The notes under the pieces: generated by a model
Database searches by the model: none
What the model was told of the DNA's origin: nothing
The model's input: only the letters and a program-made list of their open reading frames with translations
Shown here: positions 43,856 through 56,860 of the stretch, piece after piece
Layout: each line of letters starts with the position of its first letter
Position numbering within the stretch: position 1 is the stretch's first letter
Translations under genes and position numbers: made by a program
From: the human T2T-CHM13v2.0 reference genome, Homo sapiens
Direction: 5' to 3' (one strand)
Length of the DNA: 64,000 nt
NCBI RefSeq assembly: GCF_009914755.1
Contig: NC_060944.1

Positions 43856-45609
43856 TTCAAGGTAGAGTATGGCAAGAGGAAGGAGTTACCAACTTTACAA
43901 AAAAAGTCAGGAAAGTCTCACATGAGTCTAGAATGTGCTTATTAGACAGGGAGGAAGACATCCCAAGCCAGGATACTGAGGCATGATTAGGAAGCTGTGA
44001 GACCTTTGGTGGTTGATAGGTGGGGAGAAGGTGGAAGAAATTGTAGAAGTTAAGGCATGAAAATCAGCTGAAGCAAGATCTTGGCAATCCTTATATGTAG
44101 AAGACAAACTCATCCTAATTTGCACTGGAGTTTTCTGTTTTTAGCCCTGAAAATCCCATGAACGAGAAGCCCCTTGTACCTGAAACTGTCTTGGTTTTAA
44201 AGCAGCATCCCACATCCCGGGCCCCTGTCCCCGATTCCTGGGGCACTTGGCCACCCCATCTCCATGTGATGTGTATTCAGTCAACAATCTTTATGAAGTA
44301 CCTACTGTGTACAAGAAACTATGGATATAGGCCCAATCCCTGCTCTTTTGTTGCTGACATCTACAGACTTCTAAAATTATCTGTTTATGGGTGTATGGGA
44401 AAAATGAAAGGAATCCCATGGGGAGGAGAGTAGTGTGAGGTGAGGCAAAGACAAGTGCACTGCCTCTGAAGATCATGGCAAGGATTTAGGTTTTTATTCC
44501 CAAGGAACTAGGAAGACAAGAAGGGTGTTAAGCAGGGATGTGACGTAGATACTTATCAGTGTTGTGGGTGGGAGTGCTGCCCAGTGCCCCTGTCCCAGTA
44601 AGCAGGAGGGGAAAGGGCCCTTTGAGTGGCCTTTGCATGGAATGATGGGTGATGAGATCCACACTCACTTCCCCAGTGTAGGGAAGGCTGTGGGGAGGAT
44701 GGAGAAGAGCGTCCTGGTGTGTGTGTGACATGGATGAACCCAAACCTGGAGGTGATGAGGCCCCGATCTCGGACTTGCTGGACCAGGGCTCTGAGCCAGC
44801 CAACCTTCTCGGGGCTTCATATATTCCACACAGAGGACAAGGCAATGGAGCCAAGCAGGCCTGGGTCTAATTCTAGCCTGGCCACCTCTTGCCTGTGTTG
44901 GTTCACATTTCTGACCCTCAGCATTCTCCCCTACCCCACAGCCCTGCTGAGAAGCCCAGACTAGTATATGTGGAGACCACCTACACAGCAGCTCTCCTTC
45001 TGCAATCCTTCAACACACCGCTGTTTTATCATCAGTAACAAAATGGCCCCTATGTGGCCTCTCACCACGTTCTTCTATGGCATTATCTGACATGAGGCTT
45101 CCAATACTTTGCTGAGTTTTAAACAGATGATTATCCTCATTTTGCAGGAGGGAGTGAAAACTGTGGCCCTTGGTAGGTAAGTATCTGTCTGGGTCTTGGG
45201 CGTAGCAAGATGGGAAGCCCCCAGTTTAGCTCTAACATCAAAGCCTGGGCACCTTTCCAGAGACTAACCATGTCTCATGATAGAATCCATGGAAATAATT
45301 TGCAGGGTTTCAGCTACACAGGGGATGAATCTCATTTTCTAGCCACCATAGGTTTTTCCCTGTGTGTGTGGAAAGATGCAAAGCCAACTGGAGCAAACCA
45401 TCCATGCTGTACTGGGGCTGGAAGAGTTCTTCATGGCAATCAGTAGATTCAGGGCAGGGGACCCTGGCCCTACACAAAGCATTTCTTCAGAAACAACCTC
45501 CCTCTGAGTGTCTTTCTCAAAGGCAAAGGTTGGAAGGGCAAGAACCCACGTACTTACTACATCCCCTTTTTGCCTCTAAACATTCATGAGGACTTTTATT
45601 TAAAAGAAT

Positions 45610-46105
45610 TTGGAATTGAAGGCAGGTATTCAACCCAAAATGTGTGCATGAATGCTCATAATAACACTATTCACAAGACCCAAAAGGTGGGAACCAAAGG
45701 GTTCATCACCTGATGAAGGGATCAACAGTGTGGTGTGTCGGTAGGACAGAATAATGGCCATGAACAGGAATAACGTCCCAGTGCATGCACATCATGGGTA
45801 AGCCTCGGAAACATCATGCTGAGTGCAGTAAGCTGGAGGCAAGGGGCCACATAATGCACGATTTCATTTATAGCAAATGTCCAGAATAGGCAAAGCTTTA
45901 GAGTCAGAGAGTAGATTAGTAGTTGCCAATGGCTAAGGTAGAGGGAGGATTAGGGAGTGACTGCTTAAGGGATACAGAGTTTCCGTTTAGGGTGATGAAA
46001 GTGTTCCGAAACTGAATAAACATGATCGTTGCACAACAATGGGAATGTACTAAATGTTTCTAATGGAAATTTTATATTATGTGTATTTTACCACAATGAA
46101 GATAA
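45610..46105 (+). mobile_element. L1MB 3' end
   Basis: AAATGTCCAGAATAGGCAAA...AGTAGATTAGTAGTTGCC...GGGTGATGAAAGTGTTC...ATTTTACCACAAT. Confidence 0.85.
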
Positions 46106-47229
46106 AAGAGTATTGGCCCGAGGTCCAGGGTAACTCTGAATATCCAAGGCCATTTTTTATGTATCTCTGAACTGGGTTGATTGCATAATTTAATTTTTAA
46201 TTTTTGTTTTTCTTTACATTAAAAACCCATCTGTGAACCTCAGGCCTATTTTCCTTTGAAAATGACTAATTTCATATTTTATGCATGCACAATGAATGCT
46301 GATGAGTCTTCATTTGTCACCAGGCGCCTGTGACTGTCACAATGGTTCCCCTAATATACCTTGCAAAAGAGCCAATGGGATCACTAATAATGCTTGCACA
46401 CAAAGGAGGCTCTTCCGCACGCCGCGTCCATCTGGCTTAGTGACCTCCTTTGTGCTGCAGGTGTGCCAGTGTGATTTATGCTCACACTTCATGCAGTCCT
46501 TTGCCAATCTAATTGCCTGGCCATTAAAGAGGATGAGAAAATTATGTAGACACCCAGACACATCCATCTCAGGATATATGGCCGATCAGCTGCTGGTGGC
46601 TAAAATAATGCAGATGCCTAATACCATTTTGAATATTAATATCCACCCCAACTTTCGGCAACATTATAATTTGGCAGTGCTCAGTGGCACTTCTGCCTTT
46701 CCAGCCAAATGACATTTGTCACACTCAAGTAGGAACAATTATTAATAATTTTCATTTCATTAGAAGCACTACAATAAAATGTCAACAGCCTTAAAAGTGC
46801 ATCAGAAGTGTACAAATTAATTTTGATTTTCTGAAGTGTAATTACTTTTGTAAGTACCAGACTGTGTAATCACGTTAGGCGTTATTACTTGTGCAATCAA
46901 TTATACTTAAATGCACTTATCTGTTTTCAAACACGATTTTCAGAGGTCACCTGTTGGTGGGGTTTTTTTTTTGAGATTATAATAGGAAGAGCCTATCATT
47001 CATATTGGACATGCAGTGACTAAAAGATAGGTAAGGCAGTGATAAGTTAAAATATAATAGCAAACGTTGTTTTAAAAGAGACCACTCCCTTCTTCCTATG
47101 AATTTTGGGCTTAATTGGTTCTACTTTAATTGTGGGTGGGGTATTACACACAGTGACTAAAAAATATTTTCACATGGGAAGAGAGTAGGGACGTAGTTCA
47201 TATCTACTTTAGATTGTGGGTGTTAAAAT

Positions 47230-47352
47230 CTTGGGTTCCCGTATCCGACTTTCTGCCTAGCTAGCCATGTACCATTGCTTGTGTACAATTTGTGAACCAA
47301 AAACTTGGGTTCCCGTATCTGACTTTCTGCCTAGCTAGCCGTGTACCATTGC
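47230..47352 (+). repeat. 49-bp near-tandem duplication (47230-47278 / 47304-47352) inside a MIR
   Basis: CTTGGGTTCCCGTATC(C/T)GACTTTCTGCCTAGCTAGCC(A/G)TGTACCATTGC twice, with a 25-bp spacer. Confidence 0.95.
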
Positions 47353-47699
47353 CCCACGCCTTCAAGCTGCAGTCTGTTTCATTCCCATGCAGGTGATACA
47401 GTGCCCGCTTTACGGAGGCCATGGCCTTCTTTCCATCATTGGTTATTTCATCTTTATTGTGAAGCACAGTGCAGAGTAGATGCCTAATAAATATGTTTTG
47501 AATGAGTAAATAAGCGTTGTCATAAAAATTCAATGATAAGATGTAGATGTACTCATTAACTGTTAGCAAGTATTGTTGTTGTTAATCATCCCACTCAATC
47601 TAGTATTAATAATAATCATTAAAAGCTTAGAAAAATCAATGGATTCTCTTCATTTTGGCCAGGAGAAAGAGCAAACTCAATAAACCCATGGAAAGATTC

Positions 47700-48420
47700 T
47701 ACCCACCACTAATCATTAAATACATGCAAAATAAAGGATGAAATGAATACTTTCACTGCCTAAATAGCCAAAAAAAAAAAAAAAATCATTAACTTCCTGA
47801 GATGTCAAGGGGTGGGGACATGGGTACCTGTGCACACAGCTGGCAGCAGTGTAAATCAGCTCAATCCTTCTGAAGAGTGATTCGACCAAATGTATAAAAA
47901 TTAAACATGTACAAACTCTGTGACCAAGGAATTCTACTTTTGGTGTCTAAGTTACAGCAATGACAACTAGGCAGACAAATATGTATAAACAAAAGATTCT
48001 TTTCAGTATTGTTTGTTTATAAAAGGAAATCACCATACATGCCTTTCAATAAGACACTACTAAATAAGTTATGATACATCCATAGAACATAATTCTATGT
48101 AGCCTTTAAGAAGAAGAATCTTTATGGATTGACATGTAAAATTTTCTAAGATACAGTCTTAAGTGATAGAACAAAATTACTATCCAACATATATAGCAGG
48201 TCTGTACAGCATTTTAAACAAATAATAGACTAGATGGCATAAACCTAAGAAGAAATCTAAAAAGTAAATTATAGATCAAACATAAACTGAGTTATGAAAA
48301 AATGTAAATTATATCTTTTGGGGGATGGGCATGAAAGGAAATGGTTGTTACTTATTTCTTAACATATTTTAAGGCTGGCATTATGTGTTTTGATTTTTTG
48401 TGTTCATAAGAAATTTAAAT
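47700..48420 (+). mobile_element. Old L1ME-like 3' fragment
   Basis: CACTAATCATTAAATACATGCAAAATAAA...CAGCTGGCAGCAGTGTAAAT...TAAATAAGTTATGATACATCCATA. Confidence 0.55.
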
Positions 48421-49975
48421 AAATGCAACAAACTTATTTAAAAATGGTTTTGAATGTGTGAGAGCTCTCTTGGTAAGTAACCAATCAAGTCAATAAATGA
48501 AGGATAGCCAAGTCCATCTGACTCAACCCCCTTTCTCATTTGGGCTGTGTTCCCAGGCTTGCCACTTAATTGGCTACTAGCTGGAATTGATTAGCAAATG
48601 TACCAGTATAAATGGAAGCCTCAGGAAAAGGGATTGTCAAGTTCATATAATTTATATGAAGTATCATTTTCTTAAATTTCAACATTCTCAGGAGCTTCCA
48701 GTAATATAATTCTAATAAGCAGGACTGATTGACTTTCCAAAAATATGGACAAAGTCAACAAAATTACGTCCTTGCCTCAGAATGATTTCTGTAGCTGTTA
48801 GCTAAATGGCTGCCAAAAAGTTATAATGAAATGTTGAAGGCCTGCTTCCATGGAGATGAAAATAATGACTCTAGCTCTTTGGAACTAGGAACGGAAGTGG
48901 TGTTTTGTTTTACTTTGTAGAATCAATTCCATTTGATGTCCATGAATGAGGCGTCCGTCTCACTTTTACTGTGTTGACTTTTAAGGATCTCATTTTAAAA
49001 CATCATATTAGTAAGTAAAATTGTAATTATAAGAAAAATGATGAAATCATAGAATTAAAAAGTAAGCTCTATTTAAAAAAATTAATCTACTACTTTAAAA
49101 TAAAAACTTGCATTGACCTGACAACTTGGTTAATGAGGGATTTGCCAAATTGTTTAGTTTTATCGCTTGCCAAGTGTGTAATTACTTTGCTTGGCACTTT
49201 TTAAAAATGTTATTATAAACTCTTCTTCCAAAGAAAATTATGCAACATAATTATTAACTCTAAAATTACACACACATTTATCTGCTAGTATTTGCTTTCA
49301 TGCTTCAGCTGTCATTTAGACATCGGCTGCTTGAATCATGCACCTGTTCACAATGATGTTTTCAATGTGTTTCTACTAATTTCCCATTATATGGTAGAAA
49401 GCCAAACACTGGGAAAGATAAAGTAACAAAAACTGGGCTTTAATAGGAAATCACTTCTCACAAAATTGGAGACCGTGATCACATTCACATGGAAGGGGCC
49501 TTTTGGATCTGCATCCATCTAGGTCGTGCTACTCACGGCCTGTGCGATACATTTTCATCCATGGTGAATATTTCAACCAGAACCACACTTCAAACCTGGA
49601 CACACAACGGCAGGCTGGCCTACATGCAGGTAGATTTTGTTCTTGCCTTCTCTTGGATGTTGTCTTTGAAAAGGGCAAAAAGAATACCTTTTGTTTAATA
49701 GACAGAAGGAAGATGTCCATGGGAAAAAGCTTCATGAAAATGAAAACCTGTATTTAAAGGTGGTCTTGACTCAGATTTCCTGCTTTGATTTCCTTCCATC
49801 TAATGCATCTGCTGTCTGCTAACCAGGAAGCTCCCAGAGCTAGGCCTCACGACTGCCCAGCCTCCACACCTGCACAATACTCTGCTCCGAAGATGCCCGT
49901 CAGCTATTCATAAGTCGGCTGAATTACTGTATTCTCTTTTCACTTCAGCTCATCAGTGAAACAGAATGGAGGGAC

Positions 49976-50361
49976 TCTATGGGCTGAACTGTGTTCCCCC
50001 AAATTCATATGTTGAAGTCCTAACCCCTAGTCCCTCAGAGTGTGGCTGTAGTTGCAGAAAGGACCTTGAAGGAGGTGATAAGGGTTAAATGAGGTCATTA
50101 GGTTAGGCCCTATTCCAATTATCACTGGTGTTCTTGTAAGAAGAGCAGATTAGAACAGAAACATATACAGAGAAAAGACCATGTGATGACATAGGGAAGA
50201 GACGGTCTCTGCAAGCCAAGGAGCAAGGCTTCAGAGGCACCTGCCCTGGAGATACCTTGATCTCAGCTTTCAAGCTCCAGAACTACGAAAAATTAAATCT
50301 CTATTGTTTAAGCCCCCCAGTCAATGGCTCTTTGTTATGGTAGCCCTAGAAAATGAATACT
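49976..50361 (+). mobile_element. MLT1A0-like LTR
   Basis: CTATGGGCTGAACTGTGTTCCCCCAAATTCATATGTTGAAGTCCTAACCCC...GTTATGGTAGCCCTAGAAAATGAATAC. Confidence 0.88.
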
Positions 50362-50587
50362 TTGCTCTACTTTATAGAGACCTCTTTATGAGAAGCTGTG
50401 GGATAAGTTGAACTAACTCCATGGAACCATCACTCAGAATTCCAAGACAGAAGAGAATGGATTTAACTGTGGCAGCATGGTGGAAATCATCCATAAAGCA
50501 GTGCCAGCTCCCAAACTCCTGGAGATTCTGGTTGCCTGGATGACCATCCCCAAGGAAAATGGGAAATGCATAGCCCATGGATCAGGG

Positions 50588-50964
50588 TGATATGGTTTGG
50601 CTCTGTGTCCCCACCCAAATCTCATGTCAAATTGACTCCCAATGTTGAGGAGGGACCTAGTAGGAGGTGACTGGACCATGGGGGTGGATTTCCTTTTGCT
50701 GTACTCACAATAGTGAGCTCTCATGAGTACTAGTTGTTTAAAAGTATGTAGCACTTCCCCCCTTTGCTGTCTCTCTCCTGCTTTGCCATGTGAAATTTGT
50801 GCCTGCTTCCCCTTTGCCTTCTGCCATGATTGTAAGTTTCCAGAGGCCTCACAGCCATGCTTGCTGTATAGCCTGCGGAACTGTGAGTCAACTCAGCCTC
50901 TTTTCTTTATAAATTACCCAGTCTCAGGTAGTTTTTTATAGCAGTGTGAGAACAAACTAACACA
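50588..50964 (+). mobile_element. THE1D/MSTA-like solo LTR
   Basis: TGATATGGTTTGGCTCTGTGTCCCCACCCAAATCTC...AACTAACACA. Flanks CAGGG / TGGGG are compatible with a CGGGG TSD decayed by CpG deamination. Confidence 0.9.
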
Positions 50965-52993
50965 TGGGGCAACCACAGCTTTTTTTGTAAGAGAATGTGC
51001 TCACCTGGACAACTTAGACAGCTTTGTGGTCATATACTGATCCCTCTCCATGGATCAAACCTCTCAAAATGTCAAACTTCCCAAAATGTCAGATTAAAGA
51101 TCTGCTGAAATTTTCTGGAAATTTTATAATTATTGGGCACAAAAGAATTCTAAAAATGCACAAATCTATGCACATTGGTCTTGGCCTCCCAAGACTTGAG
51201 AAGCAACCGTTATCTTCTTCTAAAGTATCAAGCTCCAGATGTTGGATTAGTTGCCCTCCTTTTGCAGAAGTGTGATGGGAGGTCAAACTCCAGCCCCAGG
51301 AGTGTTCCATGTCGACTGATCATCTGAGGCTGAACAGGAAAGTATTTGCACTGAAACAGGTTTTACTGAATCTTTAGATATTGAACGAGGATGTATATCA
51401 CTCAAACAAAATAAAAAAAGCAAACAGTATTAGAATTCTTGAGGCACAGTGCTGAGTTATTTTTACTTTTACGGAACCTACACTTCCTAAATTGATTGCT
51501 TCGTTTGCCTCTGATTTAGCAGTAGAGATTCATATTTACTTCTCTGGGGGAAAAGGACACAAAGAGGCTTTGAAAACATAACCTTTTCTTTCCTGTGACA
51601 AGTGCGAGTTTATCAATACAGACCCACTGTGACCAGGCTCTCTTGTGTTTTCTAAGATATTATTTTGCTTTTTTGCTGTATGCCTCCACAGATAATCCAA
51701 TGAAAATCACATGCAAATCTGCATGGTGCATTCTTAGAAAACATTTTTAGGTCCCATTTGAAGAAAGAGAGAGACATATTTTCACTTTTACACCTTCTGT
51801 TCCCAAATGAAAACATTGACTTGAAAGCCAGCCTTGCAAACAGCTTTCCACTTAAACAATAAAAATGCACAGAAATCCTTCCAGTGCTACCAGAAGTTAT
51901 GTATCCGCTATGTAGTTCAGGTGTTTGTAGCCATATAGGATATATGAAAATACATAAAATAAAATCAAAGAACTATATTACTTTTCATATTCAAACTGAT
52001 GTAGTAAATAAAAATATCAAGATTTTCTATTAAAATATTCCCTTAGCACTTACAGAAAAACCAAATTAGCGACAAAGAAAAAGATAATTCTGCTTATTTG
52101 CCGTTAGGTAATGAAAGCAGACTGATGTAAGAAAATCATACATCTCTCTACGTTGTATTCACAAGGGGGACCTGCATTTTTCCAGAAAGAAGTCACCCTT
52201 TTAACTGTAGGCAAATGTTAACAGTGACAGTACTGGTTCATAGGAATAGTGGAATATTCAAATAGCGAGTCTTAGGGCCTCATCATTGGAGATCTGAGAG
52301 TGACTACAAACTATAAACCATGAGTGTGCATTTCACTTTGCCAAATATGTTATTTTTTTAGAGATTAACTGGAAAAAAAGATAAAGTCAGGCACATATTA
52401 ATTTCTGAATTCAAATAAAGTGGTATAACACTATACCTGGAACAACCTCATTTTAATTTCCACTTGGTTAGACAACATGCTCTTAGACTTGCACCTTACA
52501 GTTCTCTTTTATTATAGCTCAAATCTCACGATGAGCAGAGAGATCATGCTGCTCATCAGATAGAGCTGCTCTAATATCATCCCAGCTCTGGAGATGTCTC
52601 GCATTAACACTTCACAAGACTCATCAGTTTCTGCTATCTAGTTCAACTCAGGAACAAAAAGATATACCATTTCTTTTAGTTCATATTTAATAAATTTACT
52701 GTAAAACTCACTGTCTAAAAGAATGCAGAAATTATATCATGTGCTTATAATTCCTGGAAAACTTTTTTTTAAAATCAGCATCATATACTTCAAGTTACAG
52801 ATGGAGAATAAATGGAGTCTGGGATGCGACAGGAGCATTTGCAGCTGCTTTTTCTCAAAAGCAACATTTTCTGAAATTTTTCTGATTTTCTAAATTGTTG
52901 TGATCACACAGTTTTCAGGTAAGACAACAAACCTTCCTTTTCACTAATAACTTTTCCTTTAGGAGAAACAATTCTGGGGATATATTATCCCAT

Positions 52994-53655
52994 TGTTGCC
53001 AGAAAGGGGTCCCAATCCAGACCCCAAGAGAGGGTTTTCGGATCTCGCACAAGAAAGAATTCAAGGCAAATCCATGCAGCCTTGTGAAGGCAAGTTTATT
53101 AAGAAACTTAATAAACTAAGTTGAAAGCAAGTTTTTTAAGAAAGTAAAGGAATAAAAGAATAGGTACTCCATAGACAGAGCAGCAGCATGGGCTGTTCAG
53201 CTGCTTATACTTATTGTTACTTCTTGATTATATGCTGAACAAGGGGCAGATTATTCATGAGTTTTCCAGAAAAGGGGTGGGCAAGTCCTGGAACCCGAGG
53301 ATTCTTCCCCTTTCTGGACCATACAGGGTAACTTCCTGATGTTGCCATGGCATTTGGAAACTGTTATGGCACTGGTGGGAGTGTCTTTGAGCAGCTAATG
53401 CATTATAATTAGCATATAATGAACAGTGAAGAAGACTATAGGTCACTTTCATTTCCTTCTTGGTTTTGGTCGGTTTCTTTACTGAAACCTTTTTTATCAG
53501 CAAGGTCTTTGTGACCTGTATCCTGTGCTGACCTCCTATCTCATCCTGTGACTTAGAATGCCTAACCTCCTTGGAACACATCCCAGTAGGGCTCAGCCTT
53601 ATTTTACCCAGCCCCTAATCAAGATGGAGTCGCTCATGTTTAAATACCTCTGACA
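52994..53655 (-). mobile_element. MER41 (B-like) ERV1 solo LTR
   Basis: TGTTGCCAGAAAGGGGTCCCAATCCAGACCCCAAGAGAGGG...CAAGATGGAGTCGCTCATGTTTAAATACCTCTGACA. Confidence 0.85.
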
Positions 53656-53768
53656 CGAAGAGAAATTACCACAGTGAAGTTCCATGGTATCAGAGAGGGG
53701 TGTGAGAATGAGAAAAATCTCATCAAGATGGTGCCCAAGTCCCTGGGATGGAGAGGAGTACTTTAACC

Positions 53769-55150
53769 TATCGACAAAAGAACCAAACTCTGTAAAATAG
53801 TAAAGAGATTTATTCTGAGCCAAATATGAGTGACCAAAGCCCATGATGCAGCCCCAGGAGCCTCAGGAGGTCCTGAGAACATGTGTCCAAGGCGGCTGGG
53901 TTCACCTTGATTTTATACATTTTAGGGGGGCAGAAGTTACAGGCAGACATAAATCAATCCATGTAAGGTGTACAGTGGTTCAGTTTGGAAAGGCAGAACA
54001 ACTCGAAGTGAGGTGGGGCAGGGAACTTTTAGGTCATAGTAAGGGAGGAGACCCCCTCTCATATTGCCTTATGCCCAATTTCTGCCTCCAAAGAAAGAAG
54101 AAGTAAAAACTAAAAGGCAGGAATGAAATCCACAGGCAGACAGGCTGGCGCTGCACCCTGGGCCTGGTAGTTAAAGATCGACCCCTGACCTAACCGGTTA
54201 TGTTATCTATAGATTCCAGACATTGTATGGAAAAGCATTGTAAAAATCCCTGTCCTGTCCTGTTCCATTCTGATTACTGGTGCTTGCAGCCCCCAGTCAC
54301 GTATCCCCGCTTGCTCAATCAATCACAACCCTCTCACGCAGACCCCCTTAGAGTTGTGAGCCCTTAAAAAGGACAGTAATTGCTCACTCAGGGAGCTCGG
54401 CTCTTCAAACAGGAGTCTTGCCGATGCTCCTGGCCGAATAAACTCCTTCCTTCTTTAACTCGGTGTCTGAGGAGTTTTGTCTGTATCTTGTCCTGCTACA
54501 ATAGGTGGATTCAAAGATTTTCTGATTGGTAATTGCTTGAAATAGTTAAGTTATTATCTAAAGACCTGGAATCAATAAAAAAAGAAGTGTCTGGGTTAAG
54601 ATAAGGGGTTGTGGAGATCAAGGTTTTTATTATGCAGATGAAGCCTCTGGGTAGCCAGCTTCAGATAGAATAGAAGGTAACTGTCTCTTATCAGAATTAA
54701 AAGGTACCAGACTCTTAGTTAAGTCTCTCCTGGTCCCAGAAAGACCTGAAAAGGGAAGAGGATTCTCTACAGAATGTAGATTTTCCCCACAAGAGACAGC
54801 TTTGCAGGGCCATTTCAAAATATGCCCAAGAAATGTATTTTGGGGTAAAATACTTTGATATCTTTTAGGGCCTGCCATCTGTCATGTGATGCTATACTAG
54901 AGTCAGGTTGGAATTTGATATTTTATTGCTACAAACAGTCTGTTTTGTCAGCCTTAAGATCTCTTTTTTAATGTTAATGCTGGTCAGTTGTGCCTGAATT
55001 CCAAAGAAAGGAGGGCATAATGAGGCATGTCCAACCCATCCTTTCTATCATGGCCTGAACTAGTTGTCAGGTTTACTTTGGAATGCCCTTGGCCAAGAGT
55101 GGGGCCCATTCTGTTGGTTAGGAGGTCTCCAATTTTATTTTTGGCTTATA
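53769..55150 (-). mobile_element. MER4-family LTR split by LTR2
   Basis: GAGATTTATTCTGAGCCAAATATGAGTGACC...AGGTCATAG|ATAGGTGGATTCAAAGATTTTCTGATTGG...TTTTATTTTTGGCTTATA. Confidence 0.8.
54040..54500 (+). mobile_element. LTR2 (HERV-E) solo LTR
   Basis: TAAGGGAGGAGACC...CTTGTCCTGCTACA. 4-bp TSD ATAG at 54036-54039 and 54501-54504. AATAAA at ~54437. Confidence 0.9.
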
Positions 55151-56159
55151 AAGTCAAAGATGGACAGAAAGTACGCTAGAGGAGTGGGAGGGCTGTGCAA
55201 TGCCTTGAGGTCTGAAACAGGCATCAGGAGGATCCTCTCTTTGCTGTCCCAGAGAAGAGTCTTCTAAACATCATCCCTTGTCACTGAACCCACTGAGTTC
55301 AGGAAATGAACCAAGTGAGGAAATGTGGAGTGAGGAAATATGGAGTAAGCAGACCCCCACTGGATAATACTTTTTGTCCATTTAGTGCCTTGCTCCTTGT
55401 CAGATTCAAAACAGCTTCCTCAATAGGGTCAATGATCCACTCAGCCTGAACCAGGATGTGTGATGAAGTGCAGGCTTTTGCATCTGCATATGAATCACTT
55501 AAACTTGTTCACCCACTGCTTAGCAGGAAATGGACTTTCCAATTAACACTCACTTTGCTCTCCCCAGTTAACTAGCTGCCTCTGCGTCCCTCTCATGAGA
55601 ACACTCAGTTTTCAGAGTTCAGAGCCTTCCGCTTTCCTCCCCCCATGGCGGTGTCTGGGGTGGACAGGAGCTCCTGGCAGTGGGGAGAGGACACTGCTAA
55701 GGTGTGTGTGAGTCCTGAGCCACCCCTGGGTCTTGGCTGCCTGGGGAATTGCTGTCTCTTGTGCTTGGCCAGGCCGCTGTCCTGTCCCCACTCCTCTTTG
55801 ACTGCTGAGGCTACAGCCAAAGAACTCTCAGCTGATTTTGCTCCACTTCCTAGAGCCTAGCCATCCTTCCCTTGGCCCACTTCATGGGCCCCTTTGGGTC
55901 TGGCTGGGGCTCATTTTCACTTCCTCGCTGGGTGGGTTACTCTGCACGTGTCACAGCATCGCTTCTGAATGTCTGCCACCCTCCTGGGACCCGTGGAGAC
56001 CCCAAGGGGAACCTTGACCCTCCTTCTGCCTCACTTTGCCACTCAGATGACTTAGTGTGGATGTGGCCACTTCTCCTGGGGCCAGGGACACCTGTGAAAT
56101 GGTGTTCTTATAGAATGCCCAGTGGGGATTACATTCTCTATATCAAGGCAGCCTAATTT

Positions 56160-56390
56160 GGTGGGAGAGATCATGGATTTAGATTTCTAATTGCCTGTCT
56201 TGGAATCTGACTGCTTACAAATCTCTAAGAACTTGGCCTAATTGCTTAAATGTATAATGCCTCAGTTTCCTCACTTGCAAATTGAGAATGATGAAAATAG
56301 TAGCTTCTATCTCTTGGATTAGTACTCTTGCAGCACTTAGAGCAGTGAATACCATGTTAAGCCACAGAAAAATTACTGGCTGTCATTATT
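56160..56390 (+). mobile_element. MIR
   Basis: GCCTCAGTTTCCTCACTTGCAAATTGAGAATGATG. Confidence 0.7.
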
Positions 56391-56860
56391 AATATAACCT
56401 TCAATTTATTGTGGTTAATGAAGTACAGTGAGAAAGTAAATGTCTTATTGCTGAGCCAATAAGATTCCGAAGATACTTCAAAGATGTGCCACTACTATGA
56501 CTATTTGCTATGTGCCAGGTATGGTGATAACCGAATTATAATGCCTAGAAACTGGTCTAATTTAGACCAATTCTACAGCTAGGGAAAAAATAGATTAGAG
56601 AAATTGTGTTACCTGCCCTGAGTAGAGAAATTAATCTTAATTTTAATTTGTAATTGTCTCAGTATCTTCAAATTAAGTTGTGGCTAACTTAATGCACATG
56701 TATGTATTCATTTATTGAATATACACATGTATTCATAAATATGTACATATATACATATGTATTCAAACTGGTATTCTGCACCGTTTATACTGATGTGTAG
56801 AATATAAATGGAAGTTTTAAAAATAAACATATTTCCAAAAGATTATAAAGTACAATGGCA

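Noticed and set aside
47230-47352. CRISPR-like repeat-spacer-repeat
   Set aside because: Only two 49-bp units inside a MIR in mammalian DNA, with no cas genes; it is a local duplication.
55316-55346. 15-bp tandem duplication GTGAGGAAAT(G/A)TGGA
   Set aside because: Ordinary slippage duplication.
56546-56575. Small hairpin TGGTCTAA-T-TTAGACCA
   Set aside because: An 8-bp perfect stem inside a decayed MIR is near chance level.
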